From Tubiluchus corallicola (Eukaryota > Animalia > Priapulida), in the NCBI GenBank assembly GCA_030141605.1, contig JAQGDQ010000007.1, positions 917,173 to 981,172 on the forward strand: a stretch of 64,000 nucleotides of DNA. Reading direction: 5' to 3'. Below the pieces are notes generated by a model. The model ran no database searches. It saw nothing but the letters and a program-made list of their open reading frames with translations, and was not told the origin of the DNA. This document shows, one piece after another, positions 45,856-59,326 of this stretch; position 1 is the stretch's first letter; every line of letters starts with the position of its first letter. The translations under genes were made by a program, and so were the position numbers.

Positions 45856-46945
45856 GGAGAGAAGGAGAGAGAGAGACATAAATTTTTTTTTATTTTTGGG
45901 TGCGTTACATACACACTGTGATGGTCCAGTAGGGAATCACTAGCCTAACAACCGTGCACATTGCTGATGATGAAAAGATAAAATTTACTTTTTTTGCCTT
46001 TTTAATTTAATTTGGTGTTCTACAAAATTGTATTTTGATCTCATAAATTACTACCTCTGGTAGCTAGGTCACTTGGGTGGGTACACGAGTATTCCATTGT
46101 AGAGGAAGATCTTTACGTTAAAATTAAATCACTGAAGCCAGACGTTCACGTGAGCAGTGCGACCTGGATTTTTTTACCTGCCGATTGTATGCCATGTAGT
46201 ACTAGAGAATGGTTTTCCTTTGTTAAACGGAGGTACGTCTATACGTTAAGTACCTTCCGTCTTGTATCCTGTCTCAGTTTGATGTCAAGACATGTGATGT
46301 GGTCCCTGAGTTCTGGTTCAAGTTTCACGGACCCGAGGAGACGTTAGCAGATCACAGAAAGACGTAACGGTATACTTAGACGTACTTCTACTTAAGTTAT
46401 TACTCTCGTAAATCACCAATTGCTAATTGCCATTTGTTGGGTTAACACCATAGGGATGGTAGACTGTTAATCGGTCAGATTCACTTGAGGAGTGTTATCT
46501 TCACGTAGGCGTTAAAGGAGATCCTGTTATCTTCACGTAGACGTTAAAATGTTTACCACGTTGGGAACGTCGTCTGTGCGACACTGTCATGCAAAAATCT
46601 GTAAGCTGTGACTGTCAGTGTGAACCGTTGTACCGCCAGTGAATACTCAGCAAAATCCGAGTAGATCGCCAATATTCTGGGGAAATGGTTTTCCTTTTTT
46701 GTATATTGATGTTCATTGTCATTTTTTTGAATATTTGGAATCTTATTAAATTTGTTGTAACATGTCATTACTTGCTTATCTTATATGTACATCTTGTGAA
46801 CATATCTTAAAATTAGCATAAATAATTAGTTTACACCTTTCGGCACACGCTACGTCAAAAGGTGGTTTTCGGGTATCTGCGGCCTTTCGCCCGAACAATC
46901 ACACATACATACATACATACATACATACATACATACATACATACA

Positions 46946-46981
<36 letters not shown>

Positions 46982-47159
46982 TGAAAAAATTTTCATGGCT
47001 AGTCTATTTATTATACTTTTATTTGTTCCTATAGGTGGTGCTGTTGGGTTGGCTTTTGGCATGATACTGTTGGGCATTTTGTTAACAGTGGTAGTTCTAG
47101 CTGCATATATGAAATACACGGGAAAGCGTTTTGATGGTATGAATACGAGACTTATGTAA
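31147..47159 (+). CDS. Type-I membrane protein with four PAN/apple domains, 5'-partial
   Basis: 16 in-phase exons: 31147-31334, 32465-32578, 33101-33154, 33430-33562, 34149-34310, 34974-35225, 35605-35717, 36183-36237, 37264-37373, 38467-38581, 39611-39723, 40589-40745, 41507-41628, 42447-42588, 43989-44102, 47035-47159. PAN motifs [52 protein letters not shown]; [26 protein letters not shown]; tail [15 protein letters not shown]; AATAAA at 47242. Confidence 0.9.
31603..32354 (+). mobile_element. Internally deleted Tc1/mariner-like element with transposase C-terminal remnant
   Basis: [42 protein letters not shown] (31896-32135) resembles the IS630-Tc1-mariner C-terminus; imperfect TIRs ggcgcagaaaaatatgctg / gcggcacattttttgcgccactg. 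Confidence 0.75.
32745..32962 (+). mobile_element. tRNA-derived SINE, MetaSINE-like core
   Basis: Degenerate tRNA-like head (tgtaatgtaatcgataacgcgtctgc..gtttgaaacc), central ACCAGACTTTAAAAATGGTA..TGCTTGGCGC resembling the Meta domain as I recall it, (TTA)n tail. Confidence 0.6.
37596..37986. mobile_element. MITE with TA duplication
   Basis: TA|CACTGTTTAGCGTAATT ... AACTACATTAAACAATG|TA, with internal tagtctg / cagactaa subrepeats. Confidence 0.7.
42046..42080 (-). mobile_element. Possible Helitron 3' terminus
   Basis: Minus strand CATGG-atagc-CCATG hairpin, then gtactcta CTAG|T; no 5' end identified. Confidence 0.4.
46903..46982. repeat. (ACAT)n microsatellite
   Basis: Directly visible. 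Confidence 0.95.
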
Positions 47160-48459
47160 ATGTTTGCTGTGATAAATTTTAGTACTTCGAGGTTTGTCAA
47201 ATCACCGATTTGTGATCAGATTGATCTTTTAAATTGACTGCAATAAAAGCACGCAAGCTTTAAATTGCAGTCAGTAATACCGCATGAAACGTCTTTAAAA
47301 TAGATGTAAAGACATTCAAATAAATTTACCTGCAACTAAGTAAAACTGTTTTAAACGTTGTGGTAGGATGTTTCATTCTAGTTACTAGTAGCATGTAGGC
47401 CTACTTGTAATAACCATTGATCTGAGATCTGTATAAGGTAATTTTGAAAAGTCATTTTCAATATGTCTCTGCATAAGTTAACGTTACACGTGTAATTATT
47501 TAAATCACAGTGGTGGGCATTTTCAGTTGTGCAACATTTTTAATTTAAACTGTTGATCATTTAAATTCAAAGTGCATTTGACTTTATAGTAATAACGTGC
47601 ACTTTTGTTATTTGATTTGCTAATGTCATTTCGGTAAGAAAGCAGGTATAGATATAGCTTTGCACGAAGACCTGCATTTCGAATTGATAATTTAGTGAAT
47701 GTAAATTCCATTGGTAATGTAATTCGTTGAATTAGGAACTGTAGGTTAATCAAGGAGATGCTTAGATTATGCTCCTTCGTATAAATTAATTTATTTTTAG
47801 CTATATTTTCAACTATAAACAAAAACATATCAACATAACGGTGTAGTACTGTTAGCATTTTTAAGCGAATATTCACCTGCAAATCTTTCTGTTGCCGGTG
47901 CTCATATTTTGCATGACAGTGAGCGCTTCCCCACCAGAAACTGGTGTTTACTATGTTAATGGTACCATCAATAGAAATCAGCATCGAACTAACAGAAAAT
48001 TAAGTGCACAATTTTAACAATATATTTGCAAAGTTTCTTGCTTAATATAGACATTTGGCTTGTTTATTTATATGTATTTTTTGTTAACTATCGGATTTTA
48101 TTTCGGACTGTCAATAAACAAAGCATTAACTTCAGCGAACCAACATATTTTTTTACTTTTTTCTGCTTATTTTGTAGTGTTTAAACAAGTTTAATATCCT
48201 GCGTTAATTAATTTTTAGTGCCAATCTATTTGAATTTCAAATATATTTAGATGTCATTTCCCTATGCTATTCGGGACGTGGCAAATAGTTGCAATAAATT
48301 CAAGTGGCCACTAATGCTTAAATAAAAAGGCAGGCTAAATACATCCCACCGAAGCAATTTCAGAGTAATAACACAATTTTATGCCCTCGGTTACTGTACA
48401 AGATTAAATATTGTTTGGTCTAAACTGACAATAAATACCGCTTCAAATTGAACACAAAG

Positions 48460-48505
48460 TGCGCATGCGTAGTGGAAGCAGACGCCCAAGGGACTCGCAT
48501 TGCAG
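48460..48505 (+). promoter_or_regulatory. Putative promoter / non-coding first exon with NRF1-type motif
   Basis: TGCGCATGCGT at 48460-48470, donor CAG|GTAAAT at 48505, acceptor ttgcag| at 48695 just before the ATG exon. Confidence 0.45.
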
Positions 48506-48710
48506 GTAAATGTAACATGCTTACTTAGCATTGCATCGCGTCAGCGATGATGGTACATTAAAGAGCTTTACTGATTATATAAGGGCAAAACCTTTTTGAT
48601 GAACATGTGGATGTGATATGACAGAATGGACTGATATGCGCTAAATGATTTAAGAAAATATTCCCCAGTCTGCAAATATAATTGATAAGTTGCAGAAAAG
48701 AGAAGGCAAA

Positions 48711-48768
48711 ATGATGAAAGGAGTTTGTTTCGCTTCCATTGCTCTACTTCTCTGCGGTATTTCAGCAG
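48711..48768 (+). CDS. First coding exon (signal peptide MMKGVCFASIALLLCGISA) of an unidentified secreted or membrane protein
   Basis: AAAATG context, basic-hydrophobic-small residue pattern, phase-1 donor G|GTAAAT; no convincing downstream exon found in the window. Confidence 0.6.
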
Positions 48769-50249
48769 GTAAATTATTGGTGTGTATATACATATAATGT
48801 ATAAAGTCATTTAAGACGATAATATTTTCTTTTAAAAACAAATCTACAATGTACTTGAATTGCGCTGATGTTAAAAATATATGTAACCAGTTGAACCGTT
48901 TTGACTGTGTTAAAAACTGTGGTAAGATTCTGCTTCCGTGACATGAGATACTGTAAATGACAGCATTTGTTTTTCAAATAATTTTTTATAGTAGTTATTA
49001 TCATGTAGGCAAGTACTGTTGTGCTTGACATTAAAAGCTCAGTGAAATCAGAACGTGTTCATTTTCCACGAGCGGCCCATAAGTCAAGGCTCTGAAGGGC
49101 ATAATATTGCCTGCCTTGAATTCGCCGGGCTTGATTCCTTAGGGATTGCACTTAGCTTTAGAAAATCGAAACTATAATTTTTTAATAGATGCCCAGTCAC
49201 CAGTCACCAATAACTAACTCATGTGTTGCTTTTCTTTGCAACCAAGTACACAACGTGACCACATGGGTATTCTCTTCCGCAGTTATCAGTGAGTTTCAGA
49301 AACTTGCAAAAATGATTTTACTATCAATTGTAATTAAACATTAGCACATTCAAACCCATTTTAACGCAAATGTAAATTAGTATGATTTTGTAGAAACTAT
49401 AGGGAAATCACCCAAAGAATGCATAATAAGACAAAAATGTATCCTTAGTGCATACACAATAGGCCCTGTATTACTACTAATACTATATTATCTTAATGTT
49501 ACTTTATATAGTAATTATGTAAAATATAAGTGAATTTCTTGTAAACGTATACATACGAAGATGAGATGGGACGAGATAAGATAAAATTTATTTTGTCATG
49601 GCAGTTGTCGTATATTAGTGATGTATGATTTCCGCAAGACAGAATGATCTATCTTCTTCTACTTAATTTGGCTTACTATGTTTATGTTTAAAAGAAATTT
49701 GCTATGTTTTACATAGTAATATTAAGTTGGCCTTATACTTAAAAGTCTAAACTGTTTGCCACTAGAACAATATTGGTTTTTTTATCATGACACATTATTT
49801 ATTAACCACAAATGACTCTTATACTGCAACATATACAAAAGTAGGCGTACAATATTGTACGGAATTGTTACATCTGATATATCCTTTATTATCATTTTTG
49901 ATTTTTCACATTTTTCTTGTAATAGTATATACGAGCTATGAGCTGTGACAGGGTTATTTGTCAGGCTTGTGCAGCAGGCTTCATCAATTTATTGAATGGT
50001 TGTCGCCCTAATGACACTGTAAAACTGTAGAGTTATGGCGTCTTAAATCAGGGATTCCAAATCTGATATCGATGTGAGAAAGCGAGAGGAGAGACGCAGC
50101 CGGTAATTACGAGGAAAAGAAAAGCAGCGATACGCGAGTGGAAAATTCAAAGAACCCGAAAAGAGGAAGAGTATCAACACAGAGTATCAACACAATGATA
50201 CTCGTCAATAGTTTTTTATTATTGATATTGGTTAAAAAGGGAGAGGAAG

Positions 50250-50296
50250 CTAGAGAGGGAGAGAAGGAAAGAGAGAGAGAAAGACAGAGAAAGAGC

Positions 50297-50343
<47 letters not shown>

Positions 50344-50360
50344 GAGAGAGAGAGAAAGAG
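50250..50360. repeat. (GA)n tract
   Basis: Directly visible. Confidence 0.95.
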
Positions 50361-52453
50361 TGTGTTCTTTGTGTCACGATGGAATGATATGCAGTTGTTG
50401 CTAATACATAAAATTAAATAATATGTAGCGTTTTGCTACAAATATATTGCTCAGTTTTTTTATTCTATTATATTTTTCGGACTACATGACTGTATTTTCT
50501 ATTATTTCAATTGTCTTCTGTAGCTGCTCTACATAAGTGACCTGGCCTATGTAATAAGGAATCCGTAGTGTTACTAAATAGTAACGCTGTATATAATGAT
50601 TTTAGCACTAAAGAGCTCCGGTAATAAAAACGATATAGTCGAATGTGTAAATGTATCAAAAAAAGCAGTTAGTGTTTTAACAGCTTGTTCTGTTGTTTGC
50701 GGGTATAATTTCCATGAATGCAGCGCCTCTTGGGACAAGTATTCGCGTTATATACGTTCACTGTGTCAACGAAAACATGAAACGTTTTCTGAAGGGAAAT
50801 CATGCCGATTGGCGAATGCTGCATATTCGTTCAACAGAAATTACCGCATGGTTTTATTATTGTTATGATGCACGCATTTTTGGAATTCCAGCTTGTTTCG
50901 CTTGTATTTTCGTGATGATTGGAAATCGCGTTTAAGCGCGAAGCAATTTACTGAATATTTGTGTAAAAAACGTTTTTCTTCGCAAATTCGTTTAACAATG
51001 AGGACTTGCTTAATGAAAAAAAGACTTCGTTATTTTTACGCTGTTATAATTCGAAACAATTTGAAATTGAATTTAGTTTTACTATTGCACCTTCAAAAGA
51101 CAGTTTAAGCAAATGTGTGTGTGTGTTATAACAATTGCAAGTTCTTTGCTAAGTTGTCTTTTAATTGCATTGCAATGAAAAGACGTATTCGCTGTAGACT
51201 TAACACACTGTAAACAAAAAAGTTACACTAGATGACGAATATTAACGAAATCTTTGTTTAAATAAGTTTTTTGGTGCAAGAATCCTACGTGTAGAAGTCT
51301 AATGGACTTACTCAAATTAGTTGTCCGTACTTAACGATAGATTTTTAGAAATCAAATAGCAATAAGCCAGTGTTAAGAAACCTTACGATTTATACATAAT
51401 CAACAATTAACTTAACGGTTAGTTAATTAAAGAACGAAAAGGCGTTAAAATTGTGAACCAACCCATAATCGAACCCAGAACCTGATGATTATAGGTCACG
51501 CGTTATGACATTCTCTAATTGAATTTATTTTCTTCATAATTTTTGACATAACGCATATTTTATCTTGCTGTATAAATGCAAAAATTGCAGGCAAAATAAT
51601 TTAAACAGGAGTCACAATAAACTTTGATTTGCGTCTACAACACAGCGAATTGCTCTTAAATATTATAACAGAACGCCTTGTATGATGTTACAATAATTTG
51701 CGTTTATGGAAATTTATCATGAAGCCACGTGTCAGTTGTGGCTAATTAGACCGTTTTCCTAATACTGTATAGCATTCAGTATACGCTTTATGATTAATCA
51801 ATACGTATACATACTCACATAAACCAGCATTTGTCTTAGCACAACCCGGTGCATATATATATATACTAATATTTGATAATAACATATTTAATAAAGATTT
51901 GTTATAAAAATTTTGACATTGTTTTGGTACGCTTACTAAACCTAGCTGTTTTACTTAACAACAACATGAAATTTTTCACTATTCGTTGCTTAAAATTTTA
52001 TCAAGATTCGTGACCATTCGTACCTTTAATTTTAACCTTTAAAGCATTTTGCATTACTTTACTGACTTTTGCAATGATTTTTTGTGTTTCTGTCCAATTC
52101 GCTCAATTTATTCAATTCATGAGTAGGGAAATCAACTTGATGTGTTTTAAAAATAAGTTCTTTGTTTTTTTGTTGTTTTACTGTTTTAGTAGGGACGAAG
52201 TGGTTGTAAAATAAGGAAAGGATTTGAATAAATGAATTATAATTCCATCACTAGCGGCATGCAGGGGCGAACTGCACATACTTGTATTTCTATGTGCATG
52301 CTTTTCAGATTTTCAGCGTTGCGAGATATGTGAGGCTTTTTTTAAGTGCTGATACACTAACTTGTATTACTTTTTCACTAAATTTCCAAAGTTTATTAGT
52401 TAAATTTTGGAGACACATTGGTAGGGCGCATTGTGCAAACCTAATGGCATTGC

Positions 52454-52683
52454 TCTGTAAATAGAAATCACTATAAATTGGTATCCTTTCAATATTCTAC
52501 TAAAAAATATCATAAAAACTTTACAGTATGGAAGTTAAAAATCACCCAGAAGGAATTTTTCCGGCTTTCTGTAAATAGAAATCACTATAAATTGGTATCC
52601 TTTCAATATTCTACTCAAAAATATCATAAAAACTTTACAGTATGGAAGTTAAAAATCACCCAGAAGGAATTTTTCCGGCTTTC
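52454..52683. repeat. 114-bp tandem duplication
   Basis: Two copies starting at 52454 and 52568, one visible mismatch. Confidence 0.93.
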
Positions 52684-52725
52684 CTCCATCCATTACTGAC
52701 CAGGTTCGGTACTGCCTAACTTCAG
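52665..52725 (-). mobile_element. Degenerate 5S rRNA-derived sequence (SINE3-like head or 5S pseudogene)
   Basis: Minus strand GAAGTTAGGCAGTACCGAACCTGGTCAGTAATGGATGGAGG aligns by eye with the 5S internal control region GAAGCTAAGCAGGGTCGGGCCTGGTTAGTACTTGGATGGGAG. Confidence 0.6.
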
Positions 52726-53845
52726 TCACTAAATCTACGTTGTGATCACGTAAGAGTCACTCAGCTCGAAAACCCCTCTTCGAAATTGCTATACTTGCTT
52801 CTTCTATGCTCCAAGCCTAGTCTTTTGTGATTTTTTTGTGAAATTGTCTTTCTGGCGTTCGCCCAGTAAATCGTGTAGTAACCTGATGAGTATAATGTAA
52901 TGGATTACAATTGGGATGCTGAGGTGGTTTACATCCTTTTCGATTGAAATTAGGATTACTCTTGTTGTTTTAGATGAGATTGGCTGGCATTGAGGAATGA
53001 ATGTAACAACTTACGTCAAACGTACATCTGGAAAGCTATTAAAGATAAGCGCCTTTAGTTTAGTTGAGTTCCTTCGTCTCTCTAATTGGTAACTCTGCTG
53101 AGTTATGTAAAGTCCTTATAAAAATTTTCGACTTTACTTTTTTCACTTTCTAACTTATTGACCTCTTATATTTGCTTCAGTGCCTCCATTTCTAATAATT
53201 AAAAATTTCTACAAAATTTAGGTTTTTTTCTAAGTCACGCGCTTTTATGAGCGGCCCAATAAGCTTTAGCTTCCTTTCTTCTTCTCCTTCCAAAAAAGAA
53301 TTGCAACTATGCACAACGTGATAATATATATTGTTATACTTTTCTGGTATTCTACGTTTAATATGAAAGACAAAATAGTACGAAGTTTGAATATCTTATT
53401 TTTTTACTTGAGGTAAAGTTTCCTCTCCAAAGTGAGTAAGACGTCTTCTGATAAATAGCAATAATAGTTATGTAGCGCATAGCAAACCCACCCCAGCACA
53501 ATTATTATTGTTGCGCATATGAATATAGGGTAATAACTTGATCAGTTCAGTGAATAATCATGGGTGCTTCATAGATTGGGTGCTTTCACTTCTCGTCTCT
53601 TTATAAACGTTGCCCTCGAGCGTGATTACACGCAATGTAATGATACCCCGGACAGTATAATGCCCAAATGCCGGTTACTGTATGCACTCATGATTGCACT
53701 GGATATGAATATTTGATAAGAGATTACCTCTATATCCATATTACCTTCAGCAGCTATTCCTCACAGCAGACCATAATTAGAGTTGTTATTAATGCGAAAC
53801 TCTTGTATTTCGCAAGATACTACCTGGACGAATATGTAGTAAAAA

Positions 53846-54805
53846 TGGTACACGTACAATGACGCAGGAAAAATGGCACGGTAAGAATGGCTCAGCTAAA
53901 AGGGCACAAATGGAAAAGTAGGAAAAAGTAGAAAGTGGTTCTCATAATTAAATAATAAATTAAAAACTTAATTAAAGGCGGGCGAACCCAATTATTGATG
54001 ACATCACAAACTAACATAATTTTCATCAGCAAATATATTCCAGGAGTGTGTTACACGCGTTTGCGAAAGCGAAAATTGAAGTACAGGGCTACTGTAAGAT
54101 ATTCAGTGTGTTGTACTAAAACTAGGCAAGTTTTAAGATAAAAATTAGAATTTCAAATTTACCGCTGTGCTACGCATGAGCTGTCGAACACGTGTAGTTC
54201 GTCACAGACTAACACATCTGAACTGAGAGGTACAGCACCTGTTTTTTGTGCAATGCGATTGCTGATTGCAGGCGCTAATGCCCGTCTAACTAACGAATGG
54301 TGAAATGCATGAAACAACGAAGAACCAGTGGCGCGAATGTGAAATTGCGTTTGTGTGGTAATAATTCTTTCACGTAAGTCATTTTTGAAAAATAGTATGT
54401 TTCATTTCAATTTTTTAAAGAGTAGATTGTTTTGACCTACAGTTTAAGATTGGATCCTGTTTAGTTTTAAGTAGTTTTTGCGTAATCCTGCTAACAAATC
54501 AACGGTGATAAAAATATAATCTCCTTGGCGGAGTTAATCATAACCATAATCTTAACTCACGAGCTGTAGTTTTTTGTACACTGATAATTGAAAGGTAAAA
54601 AAAAATAAACTTACAAACAAACAAACATACATGCGTATAAACAAACAAACAAACAAATAAACAAACAAACGGCATTGAAACTAACAGTAACCCTAACCAT
54701 AACTAGTATTTTATTAACTGTTCCATTTTCTCCTATTTTTCCATTAAATTTTGCGTCTTTTTTCCTGTACCATTTTTTTACCTGTGCCGTTTTTACCGTG
54801 CACCA
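53846..54805. mobile_element. Foldback/MULE-like non-autonomous element, family A copy 1
   Basis: Ends built of ~15-bp GG(T/A)AAAAATGGCAC subrepeats in inverted orientation (53846-53930 versus 54720-54805). Confidence 0.6.
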
Positions 54806-55116
54806 ATGATTCTTGCTGCATGTCTTTGCTTGGTGCTGAGTTCACACTTCAACGACGAGTCAAAAAGGAAAATGATTACAAAAACAAATAAAGCAGTACT
54901 TAGGCACAGCAAGTGTAGAAAGGAACAGTCGTCTTTTTAATTAAAAATCTGCAAAATCCATTTATTAAATATTAGCCATTTTTAATTAAAACAAAGCAGG
55001 TAAACATAATAAAAATATTGCTTGTAAAATAATTTGTAGTAAAGTACGAATGAGCTTTTCTAATGCGCTTTGTGAAACTTCCTACTTTCTGTTAATCGAC
55101 GGTACGCTCGCGGTAT

Positions 55117-55372
55117 CAGGTTGTGGGTGAAAAGACCGCTAGTCAAAGGACCATCAGACAAATGGCCACCCGTCAAATGACCATTTGGATAAAGAACCAC
55201 TAGTCAAAGAACCACCAGACTAAGGCCCAATGGTCAAAGATTCACCTGAAAAGACAAAGGATCACTGGTCAAAGTACCACCAAATAAAAATTAGTAGACC
55301 ATGGAAATGTCAAATGAAAAACCATTTGAGATAAGTTTTGTTTTGTGCTAAGATACTTATAATTATTTGCAG
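55117..55372 (+). repeat. Family B repeat arm with 15-bp GTCAAAGGACCAC subrepeats
   Basis: Inverted homologue at 63199-63475 including the unique part (caaataaaaattag..accatttgagata..attatttgcag); shorter direct copy at 61826-61955. Confidence 0.75.
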
Positions 55373-56509
55373 TGGTTAAACAGCTAAGTCCTGTATTATT
55401 TATTTCTCAGTACCACCAGGCCATAAATACTGTTTTTTATGTAGTATTATAGACTTTTATGCAGTGATAGAATATTTCTGCTGATGTTCCGTTTTTTTAT
55501 TATTGTGTTGAACGCCGATTCTACCCTATGTGCAGGTTCTGTTGTGTAGTTTCTTCGATCTATTTGCCATGTATTGTAATATATTTGAAATTAGTTGTAT
55601 TGTAATGCGTTGGATCGTCGAAGTTTATTTATTATATCTGTTCAGTTTGAATCAAGGAAGTTATAGATTTCAGGAAAGCAACGTCCTGGTAAAGAATTCC
55701 ACATGTATATGCTAAGCATAGATTTTATACTGTTGATCATTCAAGACGAGAGACCATAATTTTTGAGTTCAGAAAAACAAATTAATTTCTAAACTGTGCA
55801 TTAGGAACTGCAGCGCTCCAACAAAATAAATATTAAAGGTGACTTTGTGTTTGCTCTGCCGTGTAAGTAATGCTTGTATGATGTTACTATGACTCATCTT
55901 TCCATGAGATACCAATGGAAAGCGCATTTATATTCTTCTTCTTGCTCCTATTCCACGTATTTTCTACTGCCTCTTTTTTCAACTCGTTTTCTAACCCACT
56001 CTCTTTCTTATGTATTATGATCGCTTAATAATCATCGTTTCCCTTTCCTTTCCGCCAATCTCTCTCAATCTCTTTTTCTTTCTATTTCTCTCTCTCTCTC
56101 TCTCTCTCTCCCTTCTTATCTTCCCTTCGACTTTCAAAAAATATCAATTTTCTGCTTCTTTTTGGCTCAGAACAACGTAAATGGGGAAAATCATTTCAAA
56201 TTCTAAATCTTGTCTAAAATATTTCAGCGGAATGTTTATTTTCATTTGTCTAAAGTTTAGTTTATAAACAACTGTGCCTGAGAAAACGTACAACGTTACC
56301 TGCAATGTATAATGGTGACACATCACTCCTGCGCCGTTATGAGAATTACGTGTCCCTTTTGACGGATTATAATTGTTAGTAGCAGGTGCATGTTCTCTGC
56401 ATGGGTGTCTTAATTAGTAGCATGCACGTGATAAATATGCTCGATCCAAGAACAAGACCTTTACTTTCGAGCAAAATCAAATGTTATATACCGCATTGCG
56501 CGCTAAATA

Positions 56510-56736
56510 CAGGGTCGTCCAGAAAAAATGTTCTTCCAAACTAACTCGTTATTTTCCATTGTAACTTCCTTAGCCTGGTAGAGGCATTTGTAAAACAGAC
56601 CTGTAGGGAAATTCATAACTGTTGCAAATAGGAGAAACCGGCTTACACGATGATCTGGATCTCTTTTGCAAACACCTTTAGACTACCAGGATGAAGGGTA
56701 ACAAGTTTATTTACAAGCTATTTCTGGATCACTCCA
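56510..56736. mobile_element. Possible Tc1/mariner-like MITE
   Basis: TA|CAGGGTCGTCCAGAAA ... TTTCTGGATCACTCCA|TA, degenerate TIRs. Confidence 0.45.
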
Positions 56737-58229
56737 TATTAAATAAGCCCATTAGTCAGTTGGTAAAATGTCATTTATTTTTGGAAAAATTACGTTTAAC
56801 TAAGAGAAGCAAAGTAGAAATTCTTCTTCATATGTCTTTATGTGATGTAATTCCGAAGTAAATTTAAACTAAATCCCAGAATGAGAAAATATCAAAACTT
56901 GTTGCACGTTTTTTGCTTTGGATGTTAGATTCTGTAAGTATAACAGCAAAATTTTGAAAACAGAATCATTTTTATTTTCTATGTTAAACATAAGGCTATC
57001 GATAGTATATAAGAATAGCTAGCTTGTTAACATTAAAACGGTTTATTCTGCTTGCCTGGCCAACTCTTTCACATTCAAACTATGTGTTTAACTTATTTCT
57101 GTTTATTTTTGTTACATCAGCTATACCCAGGGGTTGACCAGTTCATTACGCAGAGTTACCCATTTGCCTTGTTTCTGACGGAATTCACTCATCAATTTTA
57201 GTATCACACTGACACGGTTTAATTATCAAACCTAAGGTACCACTGTTAAGACGGTTTGCTCAGCCAACCAGTTTATTTTTTCCACTGAAGCAGTTTTATT
57301 GTCACTCTGTATTTGCCTTCTTAAGGTGAGAGTGTATTTTCAGTTGATTTTATTCATGTATAATGTTAATTTTTGACATGTTTATTTCAACTGTTCTAGA
57401 AAAGCAGATTCTTCACACTGAAATGATTCATTTTTGCCGTTGTTGTGTTTATTTCGGTATATTAAAGTTTTACAGGCTTATATTTTTTCCAAAAACGAAA
57501 AATGGCCGAAACTGTCATGTTTAACTAAGCCAAAAACAATTTAACCAGTGCATTAAAAAGTGATAAAACAGCTACTTCTGCATTTGTTAGGCTAAAAGAC
57601 TTTGAAGAATAAACAGGAAAGTAGAGATTCGAGATGTTGTGTCATATTCAAAATAATGTATTGTACTGTAGAGAGCTACTAGTTATAAGTTCTGTAGAAT
57701 TTATGAAAGTTTTTGCAGTAAAAGCTGCTGCAATGCAGCAAGAAGATTACTGGTTTTATTATATTAGAGCTATGCAAACTTCTCCCAAAAGCACTGTAGT
57801 TTGATCTAACGTGAAATAGATTACAGCTTACTACCTACGATTTTTCCATTGCTATGCTGGTTGCAAACACTTATCGCTGACTAAAACACTTGTGTCAAAT
57901 CCAATATCCTTTAAAATCTGTAATTTTAAATTTCACACATAGTGATCATCTATAGAATCTCAACAGCTGCTGCTGATTGATGGTGACGCTGTCTTTCATA
58001 TGATGGCGGCCGTGATTATGTGTTTATTTGATGTTTTGATGCTGTTAATTTTCAAAATGGCAAAGGAAAAAGAATGTTGAGAACGTTGAATCTTTTTAAT
58101 CGCGACAGTAGCAACGATAATATTAGATATGACAACGTATACTTTGGGCAAAATTAATAAGTATAATTACGCGTGCATTGTCTGTCGTAATGCTCTACAA
58201 AAAAGCTACTATAACATTGTAAACTCACT

Positions 58230-59125
58230 TTCAAAGCTTTCAAAGAAACAAGTATTTATTCTTAGTTGTGATTTTAATAGTAGATGTAGCGTTGACTCAA
58301 CAACAAAGACGACGGCGTTGATAACAAACTTTATCAATGTGTTTCTACTTTAGCCAAATGTTAAATGAACTCACTCGTATAACACCATTACTGATTCCGT
58401 GGAATTATTTACTGAGTGTTACACTTCAAATCTTATCAGTAATTGTGACCACTACCCTATTTTCTGCAACTTACAGTTGAAAGTGATTTTCAAAGAAAAA
58501 TATGTAGATATGAATTTTCACATTGGCCCAGCTTGAACCAGGCAATTACAAACACTGACTGGGATGAAATAATTTCAGTTTCTGACATAGACCACATATG
58601 CACACATTTTAGTGAAAAGTCGCAATCATTATTAGATAGTCATATCTCATCATTGCATATAACCATAGAGACAAACTTTGTAAGAATTCCAAATGTACAA
58701 GACTCCGCCGGGTAAAAAATCGGAAATTGCATAAATTTAAGCAAAGATCAAATGATGAAACTAGACAATTGTATAACATCGCGAGAAACGAGTACGTATA
58801 AAAAACTCGCTTATCCGAACACCTCAAGTAAAGCAGAGTGGAAAATACCTAAATCAGTTTATGCGCGCCAGTGTGCCGCCATTATTAGAAGGGATTAATA
58901 TAATTACAATTGACGTCAATATCTTGAACAGCTACTTTTCGGAACAGTCAACATTAAATGTAGAATCAAGCAGCAATTGACCTCCACTACAAAAGCTAGC
59001 GTGACAGCCATAGCAGCAGGGCCTGATGGTCTTAGCAACTTTGCATTGAAAAAGATATCTAATTGCATTTTAGTCCCATTTATTAAAATTTCAAATTTAA
59101 TAACCAGTACTTGTCATAATCCTTA
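58230..59125 (+). pseudogene. Decayed CR1/L2-like LINE ORF2 fragment (APE C-terminal half and pre-RT linker)
   Basis: Frameshifted remnants VFILSCDFN, NCDHYPIFCNL, LNQAITNTDWDEII, AAGPDGLSNFALKKISNCILVPF. Confidence 0.7.
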
Positions 59126-59326
59126 ATAAATCACTGAAAAGTGGACATTTTTCTGAATCTCGTTTTCAAAAAATCATTTTCAAACATCTGTACAATTATC
59201 TAATCATTGACAAGAGTCTAACCAATCGAAGCTCTGAATTCAAATTAAATGATGACTCAGTCTATCAACTCTTATTAGGCAGTCTATTAACATGAATTGT
59301 CAGGCTTATTAGGACATGTACAAAAA

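Noticed and set aside
46230-46550. Imperfect inverted repeat (gaggtacgtcta / tagacgtacttc) and a short direct repeat
   Set aside because: Too degenerate to call a structured RNA or element; no TSD found.
50596-51108. Three overlapping short plus-strand ORFs
   Set aside because: No recognisable motif or consistent splice sites; possibly decayed TE but unsupported.
52478-52699. 73-aa ORF with a 38-aa repeat
   Set aside because: Artefact of the 114-bp tandem duplication; no splice or domain support.
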